Shown: piece after piece, positions 20,394 to 30,044 of the stretch
Numbering within the stretch: the stretch's first letter is position 1
Layout: the number at the start of each line of letters is the position of its first letter
Assembly (NCBI GenBank): GCA_965224485.1
Contig: CBDCZH010000013.1
Coordinates: 99,290 to 163,289, forward strand
Length of the DNA stretch: 64,000 nt
Direction of reading: 5' to 3'
Source: Arcobacteraceae bacterium
GTDB taxonomy: Bacteria > Campylobacterota > Campylobacteria > Campylobacterales > Arcobacteraceae
Position numbers and translations under genes: made by a program
The notes under the pieces: model-generated
What the model was told of the DNA's origin: nothing
Seen by the model: the letters and a program-made list of their open reading frames with translations, nothing else
Database searches by the model: none

Positions 20394-21143
20394 ATTACTT
20401 TCCTCCTTAAATTGAATAAGAATCCTAAAAGAAAGATATATTAAATTTGTCATTACTTGACTGTGGTTTAGACCTACGATTTTTTAGATAATATCGAGAA
20501 ATATCAAATGTATTGACGAATGTCAATGGCTGTAAATGTAGTAATAAATCAACTTAAATTAACATAGCAGTATAAATGGCAGTGTGTTAATTAATTAAGT
20601 AATTGTCAGTTTTTTAATTGTCTGTATTCAAATAATTACATGTTTATGTACATGTTTTCATAAAAATGTACATTCAAAAAGTCCCAATTATCCGTATCTT
20701 TCGAATTAAAACTAATGTTCACGTACTGCTTCCAATCTCTACTCTATAAAATATACAGTAGAGATAGAAGCTCGCTCATTTTATTTTATTAAAAATATAA
20801 AAGAAATGCCATTTTCTTTTCAAGTCCAAATATTATTGGACTAATATATTTAGAATAAAATTTTAATTCTTTCTTTTTTATCATTCTCTCCTTTTAATCT
20901 TCCTTTTGAAAGACTTAAATAGTAATATATATATAAATTAAAATATATGACATCTTAAGAGAAATTTTAAAATTTACATATTAATAATTTGTTGACATTA
21001 TTAAGTATATATAAAGTATTAGTTTATTATAATGCGGTTAGAAAAACGTTGCACAAGTTGTTGCACATCTCGAAGTAAAGTACCATGTTGTAGGAATACA
21101 ATTTTCTTTATTAGATTGGGACGGTTCCTTTCATCCGCACCAT

Positions 21144-21192
21144 AAAAGCCTTGAATGAAAAGTTTTTATACTTTTGATTCAAGGCTTTTTTT
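21144..21192 (+). terminator. Hairpin/terminator-like structure right after attR
   Basis: AAAAGCCTTGAAT-GAAAAGT...ACTTTT-GATTCAAGGCTTTTTTT. Confidence 0.55.
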
Positions 21193-21196
21193 GTTT

Positions 21197-21272
21197 GACC
21201 TGTTAGCTCAGCTGGTAGAGCATCTCCCTTTTAAGGAGGTGGCCGATGGTTCGAATCCATCACGGGTCACCA
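21197..21272 (+). tRNA. tRNA-Lys(TTT)
   Basis: Anticodon arm TCTCC-CTTTTAA-GGAGG; CCA. Confidence 0.96.
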
Positions 21273-21274
21273 TT

Positions 21275-21351
21275 GCTTCCATAGCTCAGCTGGATAGAGC
21301 AACGCCCTTCGAAGGCGTAGGTCGCACGTTCGAATCGTGCTGGGAGTACCA
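21275..21351 (+). tRNA. tRNA-Arg(TCG)
   Basis: Anticodon arm ACGCC-CTTCGAA-GGCGT; CCA. Confidence 0.96.
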
Positions 21352-21362
21352 TTTTATATTGT

Positions 21363-21438
21363 GACCTGTTAGCTCAGCTGGTAGAGCATCTCCCTTTTAA
21401 GGAGGTGGCCGATGGTTCGAATCCATCACGGGTCACCA
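21363..21438 (+). tRNA. tRNA-Lys(TTT), identical second copy
   Basis: Identical to 21197..21272. Confidence 0.96.
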
Positions 21439-21451
21439 AAATTTTATAATT

Positions 21452-21528
21452 CGCGGAATAGAGCAGCACGGTAGCTCGACGGGCTCATAACCCGTAGGTC
21501 ACAGGTTCAAATCCTGTTTCCGCAACCA
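21452..21528 (+). tRNA. Initiator tRNA-fMet(CAT)
   Basis: C1:A72 mismatch; GGG/CCC anticodon stem; CTCATAA loop; CCA. Confidence 0.96.
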
Positions 21529-21713
21529 ATCTTTTAAACTTCATATAATTCTCATATTTTAAAACAAACTAAAATTTTATCTAATAACAAATGTAATTAT
21601 TAATTATTAAAATAGCTATTAATTGGCATTTATAAGCATTATTATTTACTATAAATAGCATATAAGTTGCTTTTGTGTATAATTCTTACTTTAAAATTAA
21701 ACTTGGAGTAATT

Positions 21714-23130
21714 ATGGATACAATAATTAATTTTCTAAACAATATTTTTTGGGGATATATCTTAATTTATGGCTTATTAGCTGTGGGTATATTTTTTACA
21801 ATTAAATTGAGATTTTTACAATTTGTACATTTTTCTGAAATGTTCAAATCTGTTTTTTCAAAAAGTAAATCAGACACTTCTGGAATTTCACCTTTTCAAG
21901 CTTTAACAATTTCTTTAGCTTCACGAGTTGGAACAGGAAATTTAGCTGGTGTTGCTGTTGCTCTTTATTTAGGTGGAGCAGGGGCTATTTTTTGGATGTG
22001 GATGGTAGCATTAGTTGGAATGGCTACAGCATATGCTGAAAGTACTTTAGCTCAACTTTATAAGATTAAAGATGAAAATGACCAATATAGAGGCGGACCT
22101 GCTTTTTATATATCTAAAGGTCTTAATTCACCTGTATTAGCTGTTATCTTTTCTTTATCACTTATTTTAGCATTTGGTTTAGTATTTAATGCAGTTCAAG
22201 CAAACTCAATTTCTGGTGCAGTGTCTGCTGCTTTTAATATTGAAAAAATCATATGTAGCTACTTTTATTGCAGTATTAACTGCTTTAGCTATTTTTGGTG
22301 GTATTAAAGGAATTGCTAAAGTTGCTCAAATTATAGTTCCTTTTATGGCAATTGTATATTTATTAGTTGCTTTATATGTAATTGTAATTAATGCTTCATT
22401 GGTACCAGGAGTTTTTGCTGATATTTTTAAAAGTGCCTTTGGTTTACAAGAAGCAGTTGGTGGAGTAACTGGTGGTGTAATGGCTGCTATGTTAAATGGA
22501 ATTAAAAGAGGTCTATTTTCAAATGAAGCTGGTATGGGTTCTGCTCCAAACATTGCAGCAGTTGCTACTCCAGCTCCTCATCATCCTTCTTCTCAAGGTT
22601 TCGTTCAAGCCTTAGGTGTATTTATTGATACAATTTTAATATGTACAGCAACAGCTATTATGATTTTATTATCAGGAATTATGGAACCAGGTTCTGGGGT
22701 TACTGGAATTGAATTAACACAAGCAGCTTTATCTGTTCATATTGGTGATGCAGGTGTTTATTTTATTGCTATTGCAATTTTATTCTTTGCTTTTACTTCT
22801 ATTATTGGAAACTATACATATGCTGAAAATGCTTTAACATATTTAGGTGTTGGTAATAAAGTAGGTATATTTGTTCTTCGAATTGCTGTTATTCTAATGG
22901 TACTATGGGGATCATTTGAAAGTGTATCAACAGTATTTAATGCAGCTGATGCTTCAATGGGTTTAATGGCTACTATTAACTTAATAGCAATCATTTTATT
23001 ATCAGGAACGGTAATGAAATTAACAAACGATTATCTAGAACAAAGAAAAATTGGAAAAGAGCCAAGATTTGATTCAGAAAAATTTCCTGAACTAAAAGGA
23101 AAGATAGACTCTACTATTTGGACTAAATAG
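21714..23130 (+). pseudogene. Alanine/glycine:cation symporter (AlsT/AgcS family), split at an A6 run (22243-48)
   Basis: ISPFQAL, RVGTGNLAGVA, RGGPAFYI, GIKRGLFSNEAGMGSAP. Removing one A gives ~471 aa. Probably an intact gene with a sequencing indel. Confidence 0.85.
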
Positions 23131-23132
23131 TA

Positions 23133-23158
23133 AAAAGACAGAGATTTCTCTGTCTTTT
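23133..23158 (+). terminator. Intrinsic terminator
   Basis: AAAAGACAGAG-ATTT-CTCTGTCTTTT. Confidence 0.75.
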
Positions 23159-23379
23159 CCTTCCTCGTGTATTTAAAATCCCTATCACGTAAATAAATTA
23201 CATCTAATATTTTCAAGTAAATAAGTTATTATAATAAGTTGCATTTTAAAGTCAAAATAAATAATATTGTTAATTTTTATAAAATTATAATATAAAATGG
23301 TCAATACTATGTCATTTTAAGAAATAATTTTTTTTGTCAAGGTTTGATAAAATGTAATATAATAGATATAGGAAAATAA

Positions 23380-24576
23380 ATGAGCACTGGTAATAAGTTT
23401 ACATCATATTATAAATTTATTAAGAATTTAATTGAAAATAAAAATAATATAATAGAAGTAGAATCAATAAATACCTTTAGTATCTTTAAGAAATTTTTTG
23501 CTTTTGAACTTATATTTCTAATTATGTTTTTTATTTCAAGTAATATTATTTTGCTTAACTATTATACTAATTTTTATGTACATATTCCAATTGAAACTTT
23601 TATTTTAATTTGTTTAGTATTAACAGTTTTTTATATAGTAATTTTAAAAGTAATAAAAAACAAATTTATATTTCTAATTATGTTTTTTATATGGTTTCCA
23701 ATCTTTTTATTATCCTTAGTATTAAATATAAATTATCATTATATTTTCTTTGAAACAAAGTTTTTATTTTATATACTAAAAGCTCTATTAAGTAGTGAAA
23801 CAATCCTAATATCTGTTTTGATATTTCTTGAAATTAGAATATTGCAAAAAGAAAAAGAGAAATTATTAGAATTTAAAAAAAATAAAATATCTTTAAAAGA
23901 AAGAGAAAAAAAACTTATTATTTCAGGTGAAATGTTAAATAATATTGTCCATCAATGGAAACAACCCTTATCAAGAATAAATGCAATTTTATTTAATATA
24001 AATACTTCTTTTGTTTCAAAAGAACTTAATACTAAAGATTTAGAAAATAAAATTCAATTAGTTGAAAATGAGACTAAAGATATGTCTGAAATTATTAACA
24101 GCTTTATTAGTTATTTAGATCCTAATACAGAAGAAAGTAGTTTTAATTTATATGATTTAGTAGAAGAATTAATTAATAATATTAATAAAACTATTCAAAA
24201 ACAAATTAAAGTAAGTCTAATTTGTTCTAATAAAAATTTATTTATAAGTGGATATAAAAAATATTATGAGCAAGTTCTTTATGAAATATTAGATAATGCT
24301 ATATTTGAAGTTAAAGATAATTTAATTAAAAATCCAGAAATAATTTTTAATATTGATATGTATGATAATAAAGTTAGATTAAGAATTATAAACAATGGAA
24401 GTAATCTTCCTGAAGAAGAATTAAAAAAAATATTCCAGCCTTATTACAGTACAAAAAATGCAAAAGGTAGAGGAATTGGTTTGCATATGTCAAAAATGTT
24501 AATTGAAAATAGTATGAAGAAAGAGTTATTAGTTGAAAATACAAAAATTGGTGTTACTTTTACAATAATAGGATAA
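23380..24576 (+). CDS. Membrane-bound sensor histidine kinase
   Basis: About four TM segments; H-box NIVHQWKQPLS, N-box ILDNA, IFQPYYSTK, GRGIGL. Confidence 0.9.
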   Translation: MSTGNKFTSYYKFIKNLIENKNNIIEVESINTFSIFKKFFAFELIFLIMFFISSNIILLNYYTNFYVHIPIETFILICLVLTVFYIVILKVIKNKFIFLIMFFIWFPIFLLSLVLNINYHYIFFETKFLFYILKALLSSETILISVLIFLEIRILQKEKEKLLEFKKNKISLKEREKKLIISGEMLNNIVHQWKQPLSRINAILFNINTSFVSKELNTKDLENKIQLVENETKDMSEIINSFISYLDPNTEESSFNLYDLVEELINNINKTIQKQIKVSLICSNKNLFISGYKKYYEQVLYEILDNAIFEVKDNLIKNPEIIFNIDMYDNKVRLRIINNGSNLPEEELKKIFQPYYSTKNAKGRGIGLHMSKMLIENSMKKELLVENTKIGVTFTIIG

Positions 24577-24578
24577 GA

Positions 24579-25241
24579 ATGAATTTACTTTTTTTAGATG
24601 ATGATAATACAATTAGAGATAGTTATAGGAATTTTTTAAAAATATACTTTTCTAATATATATGAGGCGTCAAACGCTTTATTAGCCTTAGAACTTTTTAA
24701 AAACAATACGATTGATATTATATTAGTTGATATTGGAATGGAAGGTATGAATGGAATATCTTTTGTAAAAAAAATTAGAGAAGAAAATTCTAATGTACTT
24801 ATTATTATGATTACAGCTCATGATGACAAAAAATACTTATTAGATGCAATAAAGTTGAATTTATTTGATTATTTAGTAAAACCAGTAGATAGACTTCAAT
24901 TTTCGGTGAGTATTAAAAATGCTGTAAACTCCTTAAAAGAAAATGAAAAATTCAATGATTATGTAGAGTTAATAAATGATTATTCTTGGAACTATAAATC
25001 AAGAAAGTTGTATAAAAACACTAAAATTATGAATATTACAAAAAAAGAAAGAATAATTTTTAGTCTTTTTTGTTCAAAAGAAAATATTATATTTTCAAAT
25101 GAAGAGATATTTAGCATTTTATATGAAGATGAAGAATATAATGAAAATAAAGTAAGAATGGTTCTCAAAAGACTAAAAACAAAATTTAATCTTATAAAAA
25201 ATCACTATGGTTTAGGAAATAGTTTTATACTAAAATATTAG
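24579..25241 (+). CDS. OmpR-type response regulator
   Basis: Receiver LDDD...VDIGM...ITAH...YLVKP; C-terminal winged helix (NHYGLGNSF). Confidence 0.9.
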   Translation: MNLLFLDDDNTIRDSYRNFLKIYFSNIYEASNALLALELFKNNTIDIILVDIGMEGMNGISFVKKIREENSNVLIIMITAHDDKKYLLDAIKLNLFDYLVKPVDRLQFSVSIKNAVNSLKENEKFNDYVELINDYSWNYKSRKLYKNTKIMNITKKERIIFSLFCSKENIIFSNEEIFSILYEDEEYNENKVRMVLKRLKTKFNLIKNHYGLGNSFILKY

Positions 25242-25320
25242 TGACCAAAAGATGACTTATAGTAAATGTATAATTTTTATATAGAAATAATATTTTTATA
25301 ATAAAATTAAAAGTTTTGAT

Positions 25321-26118
25321 ATGAAAAGAAAAAATAATATAATTACTAATAAGATATTGAAATACAATACTCTTATAAATAAAGAACTAGAAGTTAGTGA
25401 TTCTGAATTAATATATTTTATTATTAATAATAAGAATATAATTACATATACTAATGATAATCTTTTAGATCTATGTTCTTATAAAGCATATGAATTAGAA
25501 TTTAAATCATTTGATAAACTAGATTGTGAAGATTTATATATTCCTTCTTTAAAAGATATTATAAAGCGTGTTAAGAAAGATAAATCTCCTTATTTTGGTA
25601 GATTAAATATTGAAAATAAAAGCTTTGATAAAATTTGCCTCAAAAGTATTTTTATACCAATTTATAATGCTAAAGAAGAATTATATGAGTATATATGTTT
25701 TGCAAAAAAATATACAGATGAAAAAAAACTAAGTTTAAAAGAGAATAAAAAATCTTCTTTATTTGATATTAATAAATATCTAAATGATAATATTAATATG
25801 ATAGTTCGTATTGATTTAAATAAAAATATTACATATGCAAATAAATTATTTTATGAAAGAAACTCTTATAAAAAAGAGGATTTAGAGAATAAACCTTATT
25901 TTAATATTTTAGAAAATATTAATGAAAAAAATGAAATAAAAAATTTCTTTAATAGAGCAAGTGATTCAAGTGTATATAAAACAATAATAAAAAAAAATTA
26001 CAACAATGAAATAAAACAGTATTCTGCACTATTTTTTTCTATTTTAGATAATAGTGGAAAAATTACTGAGTACGTTAATATAATGTATGATCTTAAAAGA
26101 TCCAATAGTGAAGATTAA
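25321..26118 (+). CDS. Tandem PAS-domain protein
   Basis: Two PAS-like units (IITYTND...; NITYANKLFYERNSYKKEDL...GKITEYV). Confidence 0.7.
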   Translation: MKRKNNIITNKILKYNTLINKELEVSDSELIYFIINNKNIITYTNDNLLDLCSYKAYELEFKSFDKLDCEDLYIPSLKDIIKRVKKDKSPYFGRLNIENKSFDKICLKSIFIPIYNAKEELYEYICFAKKYTDEKKLSLKENKKSSLFDINKYLNDNINMIVRIDLNKNITYANKLFYERNSYKKEDLENKPYFNILENINEKNEIKNFFNRASDSSVYKTIIKKNYNNEIKQYSALFFSILDNSGKITEYVNIMYDLKRSNSED

Positions 26119-26201
26119 TTTTAAAAAATAAATATTTTATAAGACCAGAATATAAATGTATATGTAAAAGTTTTAACTTATTTTTAAAAGAAAGGTTTTA
26201 A

Positions 26202-28081
26202 ATGTTTTCTTCTTTATTTAAAAGTTATACAAGTGATGATTTGTCAATGACTCTTTGCAATAATACTTTTTATAAAAATAAAGCAGAAAAAATATTTCAA
26301 GAAGTATCTTTTAAAGAAAAAGAGTTAGGATCTTTTTTACATCTTTGTGTAGAAAAAAACTTTATAGAATCAGTTAAGTGGTTAATAATTAAAAAAGTTG
26401 ATATAAATTTTTGTAATGATGAAGGTGATAGTGCAATAATTTTAGCTTCAAGACTTGGTCATTTTGAACTCGTAAAATTTCTACTACATAATACCTGTGA
26501 TTTAGAAGTAAGAAATAAAAATGGAAGAATTGCAATTCAAGAAGCAGTTAAAAATGCTAAAAATAATGTTTATCATTTACTAAAAAGTAAGTGTTTAAAT
26601 ATAAACCATAGTGATTTAAAAAATCACTGTTTAGTATTTGATGCTGTTGATTCAAATAGTCTTGAATTAACAAATACTATAGTAAATAATGTTAATATAA
26701 AAATTCCTAAAGAAATTATATCTTATGCTAATCTATATCAAAACTTTGAAATTTTTAAATTAATTTTTTCAAAGTTAGATTCAAAAACTATGCATTATGA
26801 TAAAATAAAAAAACACCTTTTTTCTACCTTCTTAATAAAGGTATATCTTCAAAGAGGTATTTTAATTATCTTATATCTTTAAATTATGACCTTACTTCAA
26901 TTGATAATTTTGGTAATAATATCTTATTTGAATTAATTATTTTTATAAATTCTACTTATTTTAATATTAATGATTCTAATAAGCTTTTATTTAATGACTC
27001 ACTAAAAATGTTGTCTTTTTTGCTTGAATTAGGACTTGATTATAAAATAGTAAATAATGATGGGCATAACATACTAACTTACCTTTCCATTAATAATAAT
27101 ATCGTTTTATTAGAATACTTATTAGAACATGAGCTTAATGTAAACATCCTAAATGCTAGTAAGGAAACTGCCCTGTCTCTTTTGGCTATTAAAGGAATAA
27201 AGTCTTTAGATATTGTTTCTTTACTGTTAAAATACAAGGCATCTTCTAGTCTGAGAGATCTTAATAATCAAACTATAATTGAGAAACTAATAAAACTTGA
27301 ATTAGAAATAAGAAATAACAAAGTGCTTACTTATCATCAAGATTATTTACTTATGTTAAAAGAGATACTTTTAAACGGTAATAATAACTTAGGTTCTTTA
27401 ACCTCAAAAGGTGAACCTTATTTTTTTGATGCTGTTATCCATAATAATATTGAATTAGTGAAACTACTTATTTCTCATGGATGTGATATTGATCAAAAAG
27501 ATGTAAATGAATGTAATATAATTTTTAAATATATTTCCTTAAATAGCTCAATTACAGAAGTAAAAGAACAAAAGAATTATCACCTGATGCTAAGAAAAAT
27601 TATAGCCCTAGGAGCAAATCCAAACTGTAGAGATACTTATGGAGGAACAACCTTACATAAGGCTATTTTATTCAATGATTTACAAACATGTAAAATTCTA
27701 ATTAATGATGGAGCAAATATAGATTTAGTTGATTACAGAGGAAGAAATATGATTCATAATATTATCTGGAAAAAGAAAATAGATATATTAAAGGTAATAC
27801 ATTTATTAAATAAAAAACTTATAAATAAAGCAGATAAGTATGGTGTTCTACCAATAAATTATGCTGTGTTTCTAGGTCATCATAAATTAGTTCTTGAATT
27901 AATTGCAAAAGGTGCTTATATAAACAATCCTTATAAAAAATCAAAATCAATTCAAGATTTTTTAAATAAACTGCATAAAAATATTAAACCCTTACTTGCT
28001 AGTATAACAAATAAAAATGATAAGAATAAAGTAGAAGCTTTAGTTAATAATATGAAAGCAGAGTTTAATATAAACGTTTAA
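26202..28081 (+). pseudogene. Ankyrin-repeat protein, split by a missing A near 26802-26813
   Basis: Ankyrin motifs in both ORFs (GDSAIILA, GGTTLHKA, GVLPINYA). The downstream frame is open from 26813 (TPFFYLL...) into the 27008 ORF; ~626 aa if joined. Confidence 0.8.
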
Positions 28082-28722
28082 ATTGATTTTAACCAACGCT
28101 TTAAGAAATCTTCTCTTTTGTATATTTTTGCCCCTAATTTTATTTTATATTCTAAACAAGCATGACCTAGGTTCCAAAAATCATAAGAATTCTTCTCTAA
28201 GTATTTAGCTAATAAAACTAATTGCAGTTTTCCCCAGTTATTATATTTTTTATCAAAAGTTCTAAACCCACTTAAACTTGTATACGTTTTTCCAATTATA
28301 TAACCAATTTCACCAGCTATTAGCTCCTTAGAGCAATTATTTAATTCTATGCTTATTAGTTCAAAATTATCTTGTTTATCATCTCTAATCTCTCTTAATG
28401 TGTTTATATAGCTAGTATTTAACCATGATTGTATGTGATAAGTATTTATTTTTTCTAAAACAGCGTCAAAATTTTTATTAATAGTAAAAGTATATTCTTC
28501 TTTTTTTAAGAGTTTAGTTACTTTTTTTGAAATATGTAAATCTTTAAAATCTAAGAGTGCATAGGTAAATTGTATTTCAGGAAGTAGAAGTACTTCATTA
28601 GTAGAGCTATACGTAGTTGTAGATATAAAACCAGCTTTTGCTAATGAGATATAAAAACTAGCAGAAAAATCATCAGAATAATAATAGTTTTCTTCTTGAT
28701 TTATATAAATATAATCATACAA
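28078..28722 (-). CDS. Leucyl/phenylalanyl-tRNA--protein transferase family protein
   Basis: LHISKK, FTINKNF, SWLN, LIAGEIGY, YTSLSGF. Confidence 0.75.
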   Translation of the reverse strand: MYDYIYINQEENYYYSDDFSASFYISLAKAGFISTTTYSSTNEVLLLPEIQFTYALLDFKDLHISKKVTKLLKKEEYTFTINKNFDAVLEKINTYHIQSWLNTSYINTLREIRDDKQDNFELISIELNNCSKELIAGEIGYIIGKTYTSLSGFRTFDKKYNNWGKLQLVLLAKYLEKNSYDFWNLGHACLEYKIKLGAKIYKREDFLKRWLKSI

Positions 28723-28806
28723 TAAAGTTTTATTGTTTAGTGCTTCTTGATTAATATAATAGATGAAAGTACTTTTAACTTGACATAATATGAAGATTAG
28801 TTCATA

Positions 28807-29634
28807 TTATGTAAGTAATCTTGAAACCATTTGTTGATTAACACCATTTGCTTGTACTTGTCCATAAGCACCAAATTGAGCTAAAATATTTTGCTTTGAA
28901 AAACTTGAAATTTCTTTTGCATAATCAACATCAGATATTTCACTTTGAGCACTTCTTGTATTTGTATATTGGCTTGAAAGATTTCTTCCTGCACTTTGTA
29001 ATTGATTTGAAGTTGATCCAAATTCAGCTCTATTTTCATTTACAGAAGTAAGAGCATTATCAACATCATCTAAAAAAGCTCTTGCATCACTTGAACTAAA
29101 AGATGAAGCATCTTGATTTAGAAGATCACTTAATCCAAGACCTTGAGTATTTGATTGAATACCTTGTGCTTCTACAACATCACTAGCACTTTCACCTGCT
29201 TGTACTTGAAAAGCATCACTTGCACTTGCATCTTCACTTGATTGTTGTAAGAGATTTCTACCGTTATAATTTGTTTGTTCTGCTATATTATCAACTTGCT
29301 CTAAAAGTTTTTTAATATCTTGTAAGATGATATTTCTTCCATCTTCACCTGTTGTATCCGTTGAGGCTTGTAATAGTTTCTCTTTTATAGTGTCTAAAAT
29401 AGAAGATTGTTCTGCTAAAGCTTTATCACCAATCTGTGCATAAGCAACTCCACTATTTACATTTTCTATACTTTGGGAAATTCCATTTGCTTGTACTTTT
29501 AGATTCTCAGATATTGCTAAACCTGAAGCATTATCAGCGGCTTTATTTATATCAAGACCACTAGAAATCTTTTCTAAGCTTGGACTGTTTTGAAGATAAG
29601 TATTATTATAAACACTAGAATTACCAATTTGCAT
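28807..29634 (-). CDS. Short flagellin-like protein
   Basis: LEKISSGLDINKAADNASGL, TNYNGRNLL, RAEFGSTSNQL, SEISDVDYAKE; AAGGAG SD. Confidence 0.9.
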   Translation of the reverse strand: MQIGNSSVYNNTYLQNSPSLEKISSGLDINKAADNASGLAISENLKVQANGISQSIENVNSGVAYAQIGDKALAEQSSILDTIKEKLLQASTDTTGEDGRNIILQDIKKLLEQVDNIAEQTNYNGRNLLQQSSEDASASDAFQVQAGESASDVVEAQGIQSNTQGLGLSDLLNQDASSFSSSDARAFLDDVDNALTSVNENRAEFGSTSNQLQSAGRNLSSQYTNTRSAQSEISDVDYAKEISSFSKQNILAQFGAYGQVQANGVNQQMVSRLLT

Positions 29635-29791
29635 AATAAACTCCTTTTATAAACTTGTACTAAAGTATAATACTCATAAGTTTAAATTAATATTAAGCAA
29701 AAGTATTAATTATATTGAAATATTTGATTTATTAATCATTTGTTAACTATTGATTGTTTAATAGTTAATTCTAGTAGTTTATAATTAAAAC

Positions 29792-29996
29792 ATAAGAAAA
29801 GTAGTTACTGCGAATTTCTACTTTATTATAAGAATAAGTTTTGTTCTTTAAAAGTAGAGTTAAAAGATATAAAGACTTTGTATCTTTTAACTCTACTTAT
29901 TATATGAAAATAGTTACTGCGAATTTCTATTATTCATATAAATTTTCTCCTTTTTAAAAATGAAAAGAGGTAGTCCTTTTGGGACTGCCTTTTTTT
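29792..29996 (+). ncRNA. Candidate structured small RNA
   Basis: TATAAT at 29780-85; four hairpins, two with the identical loop TTACTGCGAATTT; CTCCTT tract; intrinsic terminator. Confidence 0.6.
29968..29996 (+). terminator. Intrinsic terminator upstream of truD
   Basis: AGGTAGTCC-TTTTG-GGACTGCCT followed by a T tract; separate TATAAT for truD at 30012-17. Confidence 0.8.
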
Positions 29997-30044
29997 ATGC
30001 CTAAATTTAGCTATAATTTCAAAAAATTTATAAAAGATGAATAT

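Larger units (their letters stand above)
12014..21143. mobile_element. Genomic island / integrated plasmid-like element in tRNA-Leu
   Basis: 18-bp direct repeat TCCTTTCATCCGCACCAT at 12014-12031 (attL) and 21126-21143 (attR); integrase next to attL; Rep and R-M cargo. Confidence 0.93.

Noticed and set aside
20789..20884. 31-aa minus-strand ORF with AAGGAG SD (MIKKKELKFYSKYISP...)
   Set aside because: No recognisable domain. It could be a decayed gene start, but there is not enough support to call it.
12032..21125. Island as a prophage
   Set aside because: No capsid, terminase, tail or lysis genes.
21155..21364. 69-aa ORF
   Set aside because: It overlaps tRNA-Lys and tRNA-Arg, so it is spurious.
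29802..29929. 19-bp direct repeat as a mini CRISPR array
   Set aside because: Only two copies, 90 bp apart, with a self-complementary spacer and no cas genes. It fits an RNA structure better.
29913..29953. Minus-strand SD plus 7-codon ORF (MNNRNSQ)
   Set aside because: Too short to support. Promoter and terminator orientation favour a plus-strand RNA, though the peptide cannot be excluded.
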